34,888 nt of DNA from Synergistaceae bacterium (GTDB taxonomy: Bacteria; Synergistota; Synergistia; Synergistales; Synergistaceae), in the NCBI GenBank assembly GCA_018063805.1, contig JAGPAO010000001.1, positions 1-34,888 on the forward strand. Reading direction: 5' to 3'. Both the position numbers and the translations under genes were made by a program. Shown here piece after piece: positions 18,257 to 26,284 of the stretch. Under the pieces are notes generated by a model that worked only from the letters and a program-made list of their open reading frames with translations, was not told the DNA's origin and did no database searches. Within the stretch, counting starts at the first letter, position 1. Each line of letters opens with the position of its first letter.

Positions 18257-19936
18257 CTATCCCTTGAGTTTGTCTTGTCCCTTCTTTTCATTTGAGAGAA
18301 CTTTGATATCACTTCTTTCTTTTATGAAAGGGGCTTTTTTTATGTAACGCTGAATCGATGTCTTCACTTCCGGTTGGAGGGAATGATATCCGTTGTTACT
18401 CCAAAAATCAGCGACCATCCCGTTTTTTTCACTTGGTATATACTCGCCGATTATTTCTGTGATTTTCATTAGGCTGAGCTGTTCCTCTATTGTCTGGAGA
18501 AAAGTTTTTTCAACACCGCGTCCCATAACGCGGCAGCTCATTAAAAAAGTGTCGACTCGTGCCGTTGTTCCTGATATTTCCGCAAGGGCGAGTATGATCT
18601 GTCCGTGCGCGCCGAATTTATCGCTGAGTGATCCAATCCATAGGTGCCATGTTGGGGATTCCACCTGTTGCAGCATTTGAGTCTCGGTCAGACGCCGCGT
18701 CGTCAGGTTGAACTGATTGGTCTTTTGTGTGAGCTGTGCTGCACGCGGAATGTCCGCAAGGGTTAGGGGGTTGATGGTGAGCACCATTTCAAGGGAGCGT
18801 AGGTATTCTTCCATAGAGCCAAACTGAGCTTTTAATCCCTCTCTCTTCTTCTCTGTTTGGTACTGTTCCGTTTTTTTTAGATCTTCATCGGTTAGGTGCA
18901 GTGTAAGGAAATAGTCGCGAGCAATATCATGGATAAAAGACTCCAACTGGCTGCTGTCCTTCGGGAATACAGGTACGGTTACCTCCGGCAGCGCGATGCG
19001 CACGGCCTCTTGCTCCACAGGGTTGTCGTCGATAAACACGAAGGAGCCCAACCCGATATTGAGTTGTTCGGCTATCTTCTCAATATTTATTGGTTTAGGA
19101 TCCCAATTGGCGTAAAAGAGGGCGAAATCCTCCTCTTTTAAAATCATATCCGGGTGTTGCCGAAAGGGGATGAGGGCGTCCTCCTCGTTGTTTTTAGAGA
19201 CAACGGCAAGCAATATCCCTTGGTTTTTTAGCTCTTTGATGCGCTTCTGGAATTGCCTGTATTCGGATCCGTTCTTGGTTGGTGCAAGAGCGATGCCTCC
19301 AACGCCGTTTTCTCCAATAATACCTCCCCAGAGGGTGTTATCCAAGTCTAGGATGAGGCATTTTTTGCGAATGCCGCGTACGGCATTTAAGATCCGCTGT
19401 ATCTCTTTGAGCAGGAGCGCTTCGCCTGCTTGAGAGAAGGGAATGTTCCCCAACAGCCACATTCGCGGGTTGTAGAATCTCTCCCTTCCCAGATTGGCAG
19501 CCAGTTCCTCTAAATCCAGAACGGGGATGTTTCGCGTTTCAAGTTCCTGCCGCCAGAAGGTACATATGGCCCGTTCCGTGCGCACGGATAGAAGCGGTTG
19601 ATGTTTGCGCTGCGGTATATCCAGCGTAGAGACGAAAAAAAAGAATTCCGGGTGCGCTTTAGTGTAACTTTCTATCAGATCCAAATACGGAAGCAGGGTT
19701 GATTTTCCCGCATCCTGAGATTCCATCCCCTCATCCCCCAGTAGTTCCGTTCCATCCAGCAGCAGAAATACAATGCCCTCTTTTAATGCGTTTAATTCGG
19801 ATGCGGGGTTAGCAAGCTCCTGTACCCACGTGTTGTACCCTGCGGGAGTGTAGATTGTCTCCGCAACTTCCTTACTCGCACCAAGGCGGGCAGCAAGGCT
19901 CGCTATATTGATATTAGAGAGCAGTGAGAGTGTCAT
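18257..19936 (-). CDS. FkbH-like protein (HAD-IIIC phosphatase domain + C-terminal acyltransferase-like domain)
   Basis: HAD motif I LILDLDNTLWGG, then VVSKNNE and FIDDNPVE. The C-terminal block FLMSCRVMGRGVEKTFL is characteristic of FkbH-type glyceryl-ACP loaders. The start overlaps the FkbM-like stop as ATGA. Confidence 0.8.
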   Translation of the reverse strand: MTLSLLSNINIASLAARLGASKEVAETIYTPAGYNTWVQELANPASELNALKEGIVFLLLDGTELLGDEGMESQDAGKSTLLPYLDLIESYTKAHPEFFFFVSTLDIPQRKHQPLLSVRTERAICTFWRQELETRNIPVLDLEELAANLGRERFYNPRMWLLGNIPFSQAGEALLLKEIQRILNAVRGIRKKCLILDLDNTLWGGIIGENGVGGIALAPTKNGSEYRQFQKRIKELKNQGILLAVVSKNNEEDALIPFRQHPDMILKEEDFALFYANWDPKPINIEKIAEQLNIGLGSFVFIDDNPVEQEAVRIALPEVTVPVFPKDSSQLESFIHDIARDYFLTLHLTDEDLKKTEQYQTEKKREGLKAQFGSMEEYLRSLEMVLTINPLTLADIPRAAQLTQKTNQFNLTTRRLTETQMLQQVESPTWHLWIGSLSDKFGAHGQIILALAEISGTTARVDTFLMSCRVMGRGVEKTFLQTIEEQLSLMKITEIIGEYIPSEKNGMVADFWSNNGYHSLQPEVKTSIQRYIKKAPFIKERSDIKVLSNEKKGQDKLKG

Positions 19937-20793
19937 CGAGCGCTGGCCATGAGAAGAACCCCATTTGTTTTAAAGCGATAGCCCATGGGGGCAAGAAAAT
20001 GGGTGATTTCGCGCAAGTCCTTTCGTCGATGGTAAACACAAACAAGAACATCGGGCTTGAATTTTATAAGTGTTTGGGCTCCTCCCATGAGTGCTTGTAG
20101 CTCGGCGCCCTCAATATCCATTTTGATTAAATCAACCGAGGATATTTTATGCGCTTCCACCAGCTCATCTAGAGTGGTCGCTATCATCACGCTAGATGTT
20201 GAAGAAGGATCTGATATAAATTCAGTGATATTGATTGAATGGGTACTTGCCTTGAGAACGCCTTCTTTGTTTGTATCCATTAATATTTTTTCGTGGATAA
20301 AGACTTTCCCCGTTTTTATTTCTTTTTCAAACGTTTTATAAAGCCCCTCACATGCGCGTTTAACCGGTTCAAAAAGATGCAGTTGAGAAACACTGTGTCG
20401 GATTTTGAGGGAGAAGAGCCCCTCGCATGCGCCGATATCAAAGACAATATCGTTCGGATTGGGGGTGTACAAATCAAGATAGTTATGTGGGTTATTAGGA
20501 AGAAGCTCTTTGTACAGAGTAGAAATCGTCTCAAGGGCATATTCCTTTGGCCAATAGAGCGTGTTTCCATCAAGAAGGGTAATTTCGGTCATGTCCTGAT
20601 CTTCTTTCGCGGAGACAATGGGGTGGACATCTTTGTCTATGCCGAATTGGTTTATGAAGGCCCGTTTGATGGGGTAGCTGATCAACAGAGTAGGAAAGGC
20701 GCTCCAAGGAATATCGCTGCCGCGCCCGAATAGTTTGGATACAAGATTTCCAATATGTTCTTTAAAATAGGAATAGGTTCTGTTTTCTACCAT
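19933..20793 (-). CDS. FkbM-family SAM-dependent methyltransferase
   Basis: SAM motif FDIGACEGLFS, LHLFEP and the C-terminal IKMDIEGAELQAL. The ATG at 20793 follows GGAGGT. The 89 upstream codons of the track ORF are Arg/His-rich and overlap the next gene, so I excluded them. Confidence 0.8.
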   Translation of the reverse strand: MVENRTYSYFKEHIGNLVSKLFGRGSDIPWSAFPTLLISYPIKRAFINQFGIDKDVHPIVSAKEDQDMTEITLLDGNTLYWPKEYALETISTLYKELLPNNPHNYLDLYTPNPNDIVFDIGACEGLFSLKIRHSVSQLHLFEPVKRACEGLYKTFEKEIKTGKVFIHEKILMDTNKEGVLKASTHSINITEFISDPSSTSSVMIATTLDELVEAHKISSVDLIKMDIEGAELQALMGGAQTLIKFKPDVLVCVYHRRKDLREITHFLAPMGYRFKTNGVLLMASAR

Positions 20794-20804
20794 GGTGATA
20801 CCTC

Positions 20805-21452
20805 CTAAATTTTTACCACTCTGGCGGGGTAGCCCATCGCTGTGCAATTTTCGGGCACGTTTTGCAACACGATGCTTCCCATGCCGATGGTCGTCCCGCT
20901 GCCGATGGAGAGACCTTGTAAAATTGCGGACTGTACGCCAATGAGACAGCGCTCCCCGATGGAAACGTCTCCGGAAATATTGACGCTGGGCATGATGGAA
21001 GTGAAGTCTCCGACTGTTGTGTCGTGTCCTACTTGAGACCCGGCATTGATGAACACGCATCGTCCCAGTGCAGCGTCAACGCTAACAAAACAGAAACGAG
21101 TGATGATAACACCCTCTCCTATTTGCACACCGGGTTCGACGCACGATGAGGGATGGATAATGGTAGGGAAGGAAATTTCCGGATTTGTTTTTAGCTCGTT
21201 GTAAAGCGACGCTTTTGCGGCCGGGCTTGCAAAACCCAGCACAACGGAGACCGGAGTTTTCCGTTGCAGAAGATAGTCTTTGTTTCCGAGAACGGGAAGT
21301 CCTGAGATTTCTGTATGCGGTGTTGCGTCATCATCAACGAATCCTAAGATATCCCACGTTGTTTTTGATCGATCCATATCCTGTACCAAGGCCAAAATCT
21401 CTCGTCCGAGACCGCCGGCACCGTAGATAACCAGTTGCTGCAAAAAACTCAC
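20805..21452 (-). CDS. NeuD/PglD-family sugar acyltransferase (N-terminal Rossmann-like domain + left-handed beta-helix hexapeptide repeats)
   Basis: LVIYGAGGLGREI...ILGFVDDD, followed by hexapeptide repeats (IGEGVII, VFINAGSQVGHDTTVGDF, ISGDVSIGERCLIGVQSAILQGLSIGSGTTIGMGSIV). The start is GTG 21452 (GTGA overlap) or TTG 21443. Confidence 0.8.
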   Translation of the reverse strand: MSFLQQLVIYGAGGLGREILALVQDMDRSKTTWDILGFVDDDATPHTEISGLPVLGNKDYLLQRKTPVSVVLGFASPAAKASLYNELKTNPEISFPTIIHPSSCVEPGVQIGEGVIITRFCFVSVDAALGRCVFINAGSQVGHDTTVGDFTSIMPSVNISGDVSIGERCLIGVQSAILQGLSIGSGTTIGMGSIVLQNVPENCTAMGYPARVVKI

Positions 21453-22189
21453 CCCTTTATGCTGTGTCCGCCATCCAAAACGAACGTTTGTCCTGTGATC
21501 CAGCGGCTTTCCTCAGAGAGTAAAAACGCGATCAAATGGGCTGCATCCTCCGGAGATCCAAGCCCCAAAGGATATCCTTGTTCAAGATTCGCCCTCTGTT
21601 CTGCGGTCATTTTATTGATGAATTCCATGGACATATCGGTTTGGATGACCCCCGGAACGACGATATTGAGCCGGATACCTCTTGGAGCCAACTCTGCTGC
21701 GGCCGCGGGTAAAAAACCCTCCAAGGCACCCTTTGTCGCTGCGTAGATCGTTTTTCCGATAGCCCCCTCGTGCGCGGCTAAAGAGGAGATCAGGACAAAG
21801 GAGGCTCCGTTTTCTGAGATTCTGCTTTTTTTAGAAAAACAGCGCACCAGTTCAAACGCGGAAAAGGTGTTTAATTCAAAGAGCTGCCGTATGTCCGCCG
21901 GTTTACACTGAGATAGAGGCGCTGTTTTTTGAGCTCCGGCACAGTAGACGAGGCCGGAAATGCCCCCTACTTGTTTTTGGATCTGCTCGGCGAAGGGCTC
22001 AATATTTTCCGGTAGCGCAAAATCACATGGGATAAAGGCCAGATCGGATACATCGCTGCCCGAGTAGGCCTCTTCAAGGGATTGTTGCGTTCGAGAACTG
22101 AGAACGAGCGATGAGCCCTTTTTCCTTAATTCATCGGCCGTTGCTCTGCCGATGCCGCGGCTTGCTCCAGCAATCAGGATCGTGCTCAT
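21449..22189 (-). CDS. short-chain dehydrogenase/reductase, FabG-like (3-oxoacyl-ACP reductase type)
   Basis: Cofactor motif IAGASRGIGRA and catalytic YAATKGAL (YxxxK). 246 aa. Confidence 0.85.
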   Translation of the reverse strand: MSTILIAGASRGIGRATADELRKKGSSLVLSSRTQQSLEEAYSGSDVSDLAFIPCDFALPENIEPFAEQIQKQVGGISGLVYCAGAQKTAPLSQCKPADIRQLFELNTFSAFELVRCFSKKSRISENGASFVLISSLAAHEGAIGKTIYAATKGALEGFLPAAAAELAPRGIRLNIVVPGVIQTDMSMEFINKMTAEQRANLEQGYPLGLGSPEDAAHLIAFLLSEESRWITGQTFVLDGGHSIKG

Positions 22190-22425
22190 GGTTTTTCTTT
22201 TGATGCCGTAACAACGGCATAAAGATCTCCCACGGTATTTAGCGTCAAGAAGGTTTCGACATCAAGAGCGACTCCGCAGCGTTCCTCCAAGAAAACGAGA
22301 ATGGCAAAGCCCGTCAGAGAGGACCAAAAGTCCGCTGATTCGCGAAAATCGGACTCCATTGTGACCGTTTCCGGTTCCACTTCCAGAATGTCCGCCAATT
22401 CCTTTATAAAAAGTTCTTCCGTCAT
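22186..22425 (-). CDS. acyl carrier protein (ACP-2, atypical SSL attachment motif)
   Basis: 79 aa, acidic, four-helix pattern. DFWSSLTGFAILVFLEE occupies the position of the DSL phosphopantetheine site. ATGA overlaps on both sides. Confidence 0.65.
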   Translation of the reverse strand: MTEELFIKELADILEVEPETVTMESDFRESADFWSSLTGFAILVFLEERCGVALDVETFLTLNTVGDLYAVVTASKEKP

Positions 22426-23504
22426 TTGCTCGCCTCCGCAATGGGATATTCAATAACACCGGGGCAAATGCAAGGGCCAATAGAAAAGGAAACGGCACCT
22501 AAAGAAAGGCCTCCTCCGAACCCTGCAGCCAAGACTTTTAATTTTTGAGATTCTATTTGTTGATGAAGCTCCGATGCCAGTGTAACGGGGATTGTAGGGG
22601 AGCTTGAATTTCCGTATTTATCAAGGCTAATGGGGAGAGTTTTGGGATTAAAGCCTATTTTTTTAGCTACCTGGCGGATCATATAGAGGTTTGCCTGGTG
22701 AAGGGCAAGGACGTCAAAATCTGCCGCCGTCTTGTTGATCCGTGACATTAAGGTGTTTAAGCAGCTGGGGGCTCGCGTTACCACAAAGTTAAAAACAGCC
22801 ATTCCATCCATGCGCATATCAATGGGGCGGCGAATGCCTCCATCCGGGTATTCCCGATAGAGAGCGCTCTGTTCGTTGATCATTCCGCGAGAGCCACCTT
22901 CCGGAACGCAAAGGGCTTCACCTAGAGAACCGTCGGTTTCAAATTCAAAATGCCAGGGGATGCCTTCCGGATCAGGAACCAATAAAGTAGCTGTTCCCGC
23001 ATCCCCGAATAAAAGAGCTGTCGTTTTATCTTTGGGTGAGACAAAATAGCTGTGTGTTTCCGCGTCCAAGAGAAGCACCGGTTTGTTAAGGGATTGAACC
23101 ATCATGCTTCCGATCCAAAGCCCGTAAACATAGCCGGAGCAAGCCAGATCAACATCTAATGCGGCTACTTGTTTTGAGAGCCCCAATTGATGCTGTGCTT
23201 GCGTGCTGTTGTTGGGGAGAGGGTAGTCGGGGGTTTGTGTCACAAAGACCACACCTCCGATTTCATCCGGTTGATAGGCCCCCTCTGATTGAAGCTTGCG
23301 CGCAGCAAAAACGGCTAAATCCAGGGCGGTTACACCGCTGTCCCTCGGACAAACGCGCCTCTTCTCAACACCTGTTGCCCGAATAACACCCTCAAGTTCT
23401 TCTCCAAAGAGTTCTAATCCAAAGATGCGATTGTCGATGACGTTGGAGGGGACTGCGGCACAGATCCCCGCAATCCGCACTCCGGAAGAGATCGCTTCGG
23501 TCAT
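22422..23504 (-). CDS. KAS III (FabH-like) 3-oxoacyl-ACP synthase
   Basis: Catalytic triad contexts are present: DLACSGYVYGL (Cys), ALHQANLYM (His), YGNSSSPTIP (Asn). C-terminal GFGGGLSLG. Confidence 0.85.
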   Translation of the reverse strand: MTEAISSGVRIAGICAAVPSNVIDNRIFGLELFGEELEGVIRATGVEKRRVCPRDSGVTALDLAVFAARKLQSEGAYQPDEIGGVVFVTQTPDYPLPNNSTQAQHQLGLSKQVAALDVDLACSGYVYGLWIGSMMVQSLNKPVLLLDAETHSYFVSPKDKTTALLFGDAGTATLLVPDPEGIPWHFEFETDGSLGEALCVPEGGSRGMINEQSALYREYPDGGIRRPIDMRMDGMAVFNFVVTRAPSCLNTLMSRINKTAADFDVLALHQANLYMIRQVAKKIGFNPKTLPISLDKYGNSSSPTIPVTLASELHQQIESQKLKVLAAGFGGGLSLGAVSFSIGPCICPGVIEYPIAEASK

Positions 23505-23719
23505 GATTGTTGCTTGTCCGAGGCCGCGAGATTTAGAATATCGTTGACCGATCGAATACTTGCAATGTGTTCCATCGGAATGCTAAACCCCGCTTCGTCG
23601 AGAGCCATAATAATTTGCAAGACTTTAAGTGAATCCAGCGGTGCGGAGTTATCCTCTGTGATGTTTTCGCAGCCATTCCCCAGGATTGGTTTTATTAATT
23701 CTAAAAGTTGTTCTCTCAT
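23501..23719 (-). CDS. acyl carrier protein (ACP-1)
   Basis: 72 aa with a canonical LDSLKVLQIIMALDE phosphopantetheine site. Shine-Dalgarno GAGG. Confidence 0.75.
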   Translation of the reverse strand: MREQLLELIKPILGNGCENITEDNSAPLDSLKVLQIIMALDEAGFSIPMEHIASIRSVNDILNLAASDKQQS

Positions 23720-23789
23720 TTTTATAACCTCATTTCATGCAATGGTGAGGGGCAATGACCCCGTCATTTATCGATAGGATCGTGCTATT

Positions 23790-24200
23790 TTAATTGATCA
23801 GCACGATCTCAACGAGTCCAATATGTTTGGAATATAAAAAGATAACCTCGTTTCCTCCGAGCGCCGGTGCCGGAGATGCATTTATAATCTCAAGGAATCC
23901 CGCTTTCTGCAATGTCTTTTTTTGCGCGTCCCATTCCGTCTTCTCTATAGAAAAACAAGCATGGTACGGAGTAGCCCCCATTTTATCCAGCAATTTTGAG
24001 ACGGGGGATTCAGGGCACAACGGCTCTACTAATTCAATCACATTTCCAGCTGCGTCAGAGAGCAACAGAATACGCACCTTGCGCAGCAGGTCTTCTGTAA
24101 CCGATGAGGATTGCGTGAATCCGAGCGCGATAAAAGCGGAAAGCGCATCCTCTATGGAGGTTACCGCCCATCCCCAATGAGCCAAGGATAGATTTGTCAT
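23790..24200 (-). CDS. VOC-family protein (glyoxalase / methylmalonyl-CoA-epimerase-like fold)
   Basis: 136 aa with paired beta-alpha-beta-beta-beta modules (LAHWGWAVTSIEDALSAF..LGF; VIELVEP...YHACFSIE...GFLEI). It is the first gene of the minus-strand operon. Confidence 0.65.
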   Translation of the reverse strand: MTNLSLAHWGWAVTSIEDALSAFIALGFTQSSSVTEDLLRKVRILLLSDAAGNVIELVEPLCPESPVSKLLDKMGATPYHACFSIEKTEWDAQKKTLQKAGFLEIINASPAPALGGNEVIFLYSKHIGLVEIVLIN

Positions 24201-24439
24201 GGTTGTCAGAACCTCCTCATTATATCTGCTAATTGTTGCTATATGACCTATTTTAGCATGTGTTGCTTATATTCTTCGCACAGCCTCTGTGCGGAAACGT
24301 CATCTTGCAAGCTTGTTTCTTGTAGTAGTTATCGCCTTCTTTCGGTATTTTTATGTGCTATGATTAGATGGTATCTACCAAAAAGAAGGCTATTAGGGGA
24401 AATAGAGGGGTCTTTTATAGAGAAAGAGGTGCGCTTTGT

Positions 24440-26284
24440 ATGGATAAAAAGCAAAAACAATTTTCGATAGGGTATTTTTTTGTCACGCTTTTGATTATGT
24501 GGCTGTTTAACGATCTTGTCTTTCGTCCTCTTGTAATAAAAGAGACAGAGGTAAGCTACAGCCAATTCCTTCAGTATTTGGCGGACAATAAGGTCAGCAA
24601 GGTTTCTTTGGGTGCGGATCGCTTTACGTTCTATCTTAAGGATGGTGTGGACGGAGCGGCTACCGTTCGAAATGCCGTGCGAGTAGAGGATCCCGGTCTC
24701 GTAAAGCGGCTGGAAGAGGCTAAAGTCGATTTTTCCGGTGTCAATCAGACCCGGGGGCTCTTGGAACAGCTCATGGGTTGGGTTGTGGCTTTCCTGCCGC
24801 TTATCCTCATCTGGTACTTCGTTTTTCGCCGCATGTCGGGCGGTGGGGGAAGTGTGCTATCTTTCGGGAAGAGCAATGCGCAGGAAATCCAAGGGGAGAT
24901 GACCGGGATTAAATTCCAGGATGTCGGTGGTGTCGGAGAGGCGGAAACGGAGCTTCGTGAAATCATTGAATACCTAAAGGATTCCTCGCGTTTTGACCGA
25001 CTCGGAGCCAAGCTCCCCAAGGGCGTTTTGCTGGTGGGTCCTCCCGGGACGGGGAAAACCCTTTTGGCAAAAGCCACTGCAGGAGAATCTGGGGTTCCTT
25101 TTTTCTCCCTCACAGGCTCCAGCTTTGTGGAGATGTTTGTCGGGGTGGGGGCAGCCCGGGTGCGCGATCTTTTTGAACAGGCAAAGAAGAAGGCTCCTTG
25201 TATTATTTTTATCGATGAGATTGATGCCATTGGGCAGGCTCGATCTACAATTGCGGCGATGAGCGGTAACAGTGAGAGGGAAAATACGTTAAATCAGCTC
25301 CTCGCGGAAATGGATGGTTTTCAACCAAATTCAGGTGTGGTGATTATGGCGGCGACCAATCGGCCGGAAATTTTAGATCAGGCGTTGGTGCGCCCCGGAA
25401 GGTTTGATCGGCAGATACAAGTCACCCTGCCGACAGAGGAGGGGCGGCTGGAAGTCTTAAAGATCCACGCCCGCAATATCCCCATGGATGGAGACGCGGA
25501 TTTAAGGCGCATTGCTAAAATCACCTCCGGATTTTCCGGGGCGGATCTGGCAAACATCCTCAATGAGGCCTCGTTGCTCGCTGTTCGGCGCGAAGCGAAA
25601 ACGGTCGAAATGGAAGATTTGGATTTAGCGATTGAGCGCGTTGTGGCCGGTTTGCAGAAAAAAACGCCCCTTTCTCCGCAGGTGCGGCGAAAAGTGGCTT
25701 ACCACGAAGTAGGGCATGCGCTTTCCGCTTACTACCTCAAACATGCCGATCCGGTGCACAAAATCAGCATCATCCCCACAGCGAAAGGGGCTCTTGGATA
25801 CACGATGCAGATGCCGGAGGAGGACCAGTATTTAATCACCGAGGAGGAGCTGAAAACTCGGATGGCGGTCATGCTGGGGGGGCGCGCGGCGGAACTCTTA
25901 ATTTTTAATGAGGCCTCTACCGGGGCCAGTAATGACCTGGAACGTGTGACAATGTTAGCACGCCGTATGATCACGGAATTTGGCATGTCAGAAAAATTAG
26001 GGCCGGTTCGCTATTCCAATACGGAGGGGATGTACCTTCAAACGGGATCGACCAACAGGACGGACTTAAGCCCCAAGACGCTCGCCTGTATTGATGAAGA
26101 GATACGCGATCTCATTAAAGACGCACAGCAGCGTTCCATGGACATTCTGATAGAACATCGGGCTGTGCTGGATGCAGTGGCGAAGCTGCTGCAGGAGAAA
26201 GAAGTCATATTGGGCGAGGAAATTAAAAAAATAGCGGAAAAACTGGATGAGGCATACGATATAACGGGAGGAATCAGCGAGTGA
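24440..26284 (+). CDS. ftsH: ATP-dependent zinc metalloprotease FtsH
   Basis: Two N-terminal TM helices, Walker [14 protein letters not shown], Walker [33 protein letters not shown] and zinc motif HEVGHAL. The ATG at 24440 follows AGAAAGAGGTG. Confidence 0.95.
   Translation: MDKKQKQFSIGYFFVTLLIMWLFNDLVFRPLVIKETEVSYSQFLQYLADNKVSKVSLGADRFTFYLKDGVDGAATVRNAVRVEDPGLVKRLEEAKVDFSGVNQTRGLLEQLMGWVVAFLPLILIWYFVFRRMSGGGGSVLSFGKSNAQEIQGEMTGIKFQDVGGVGEAETELREIIEYLKDSSRFDRLGAKLPKGVLLVGPPGTGKTLLAKATAGESGVPFFSLTGSSFVEMFVGVGAARVRDLFEQAKKKAPCIIFIDEIDAIGQARSTIAAMSGNSERENTLNQLLAEMDGFQPNSGVVIMAATNRPEILDQALVRPGRFDRQIQVTLPTEEGRLEVLKIHARNIPMDGDADLRRIAKITSGFSGADLANILNEASLLAVRREAKTVEMEDLDLAIERVVAGLQKKTPLSPQVRRKVAYHEVGHALSAYYLKHADPVHKISIIPTAKGALGYTMQMPEEDQYLITEEELKTRMAVMLGGRAAELLIFNEASTGASNDLERVTMLARRMITEFGMSEKLGPVRYSNTEGMYLQTGSTNRTDLSPKTLACIDEEIRDLIKDAQQRSMDILIEHRAVLDAVAKLLQEKEVILGEEIKKIAEKLDEAYDITGGISE

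Noticed and set aside
20794-21060. N-terminal extension of the FkbM-like ORF (the track start at 21060 gives 375 aa).
   Set aside because: The extra 89 codons are Arg/His-rich (RVHQCRVSSRTRHNSRRLHFHH...) and overlap the hexapeptide acyltransferase gene. The ATG at 20793 has a GGAGGT Shine-Dalgarno and gives a normal-length FkbM protein.
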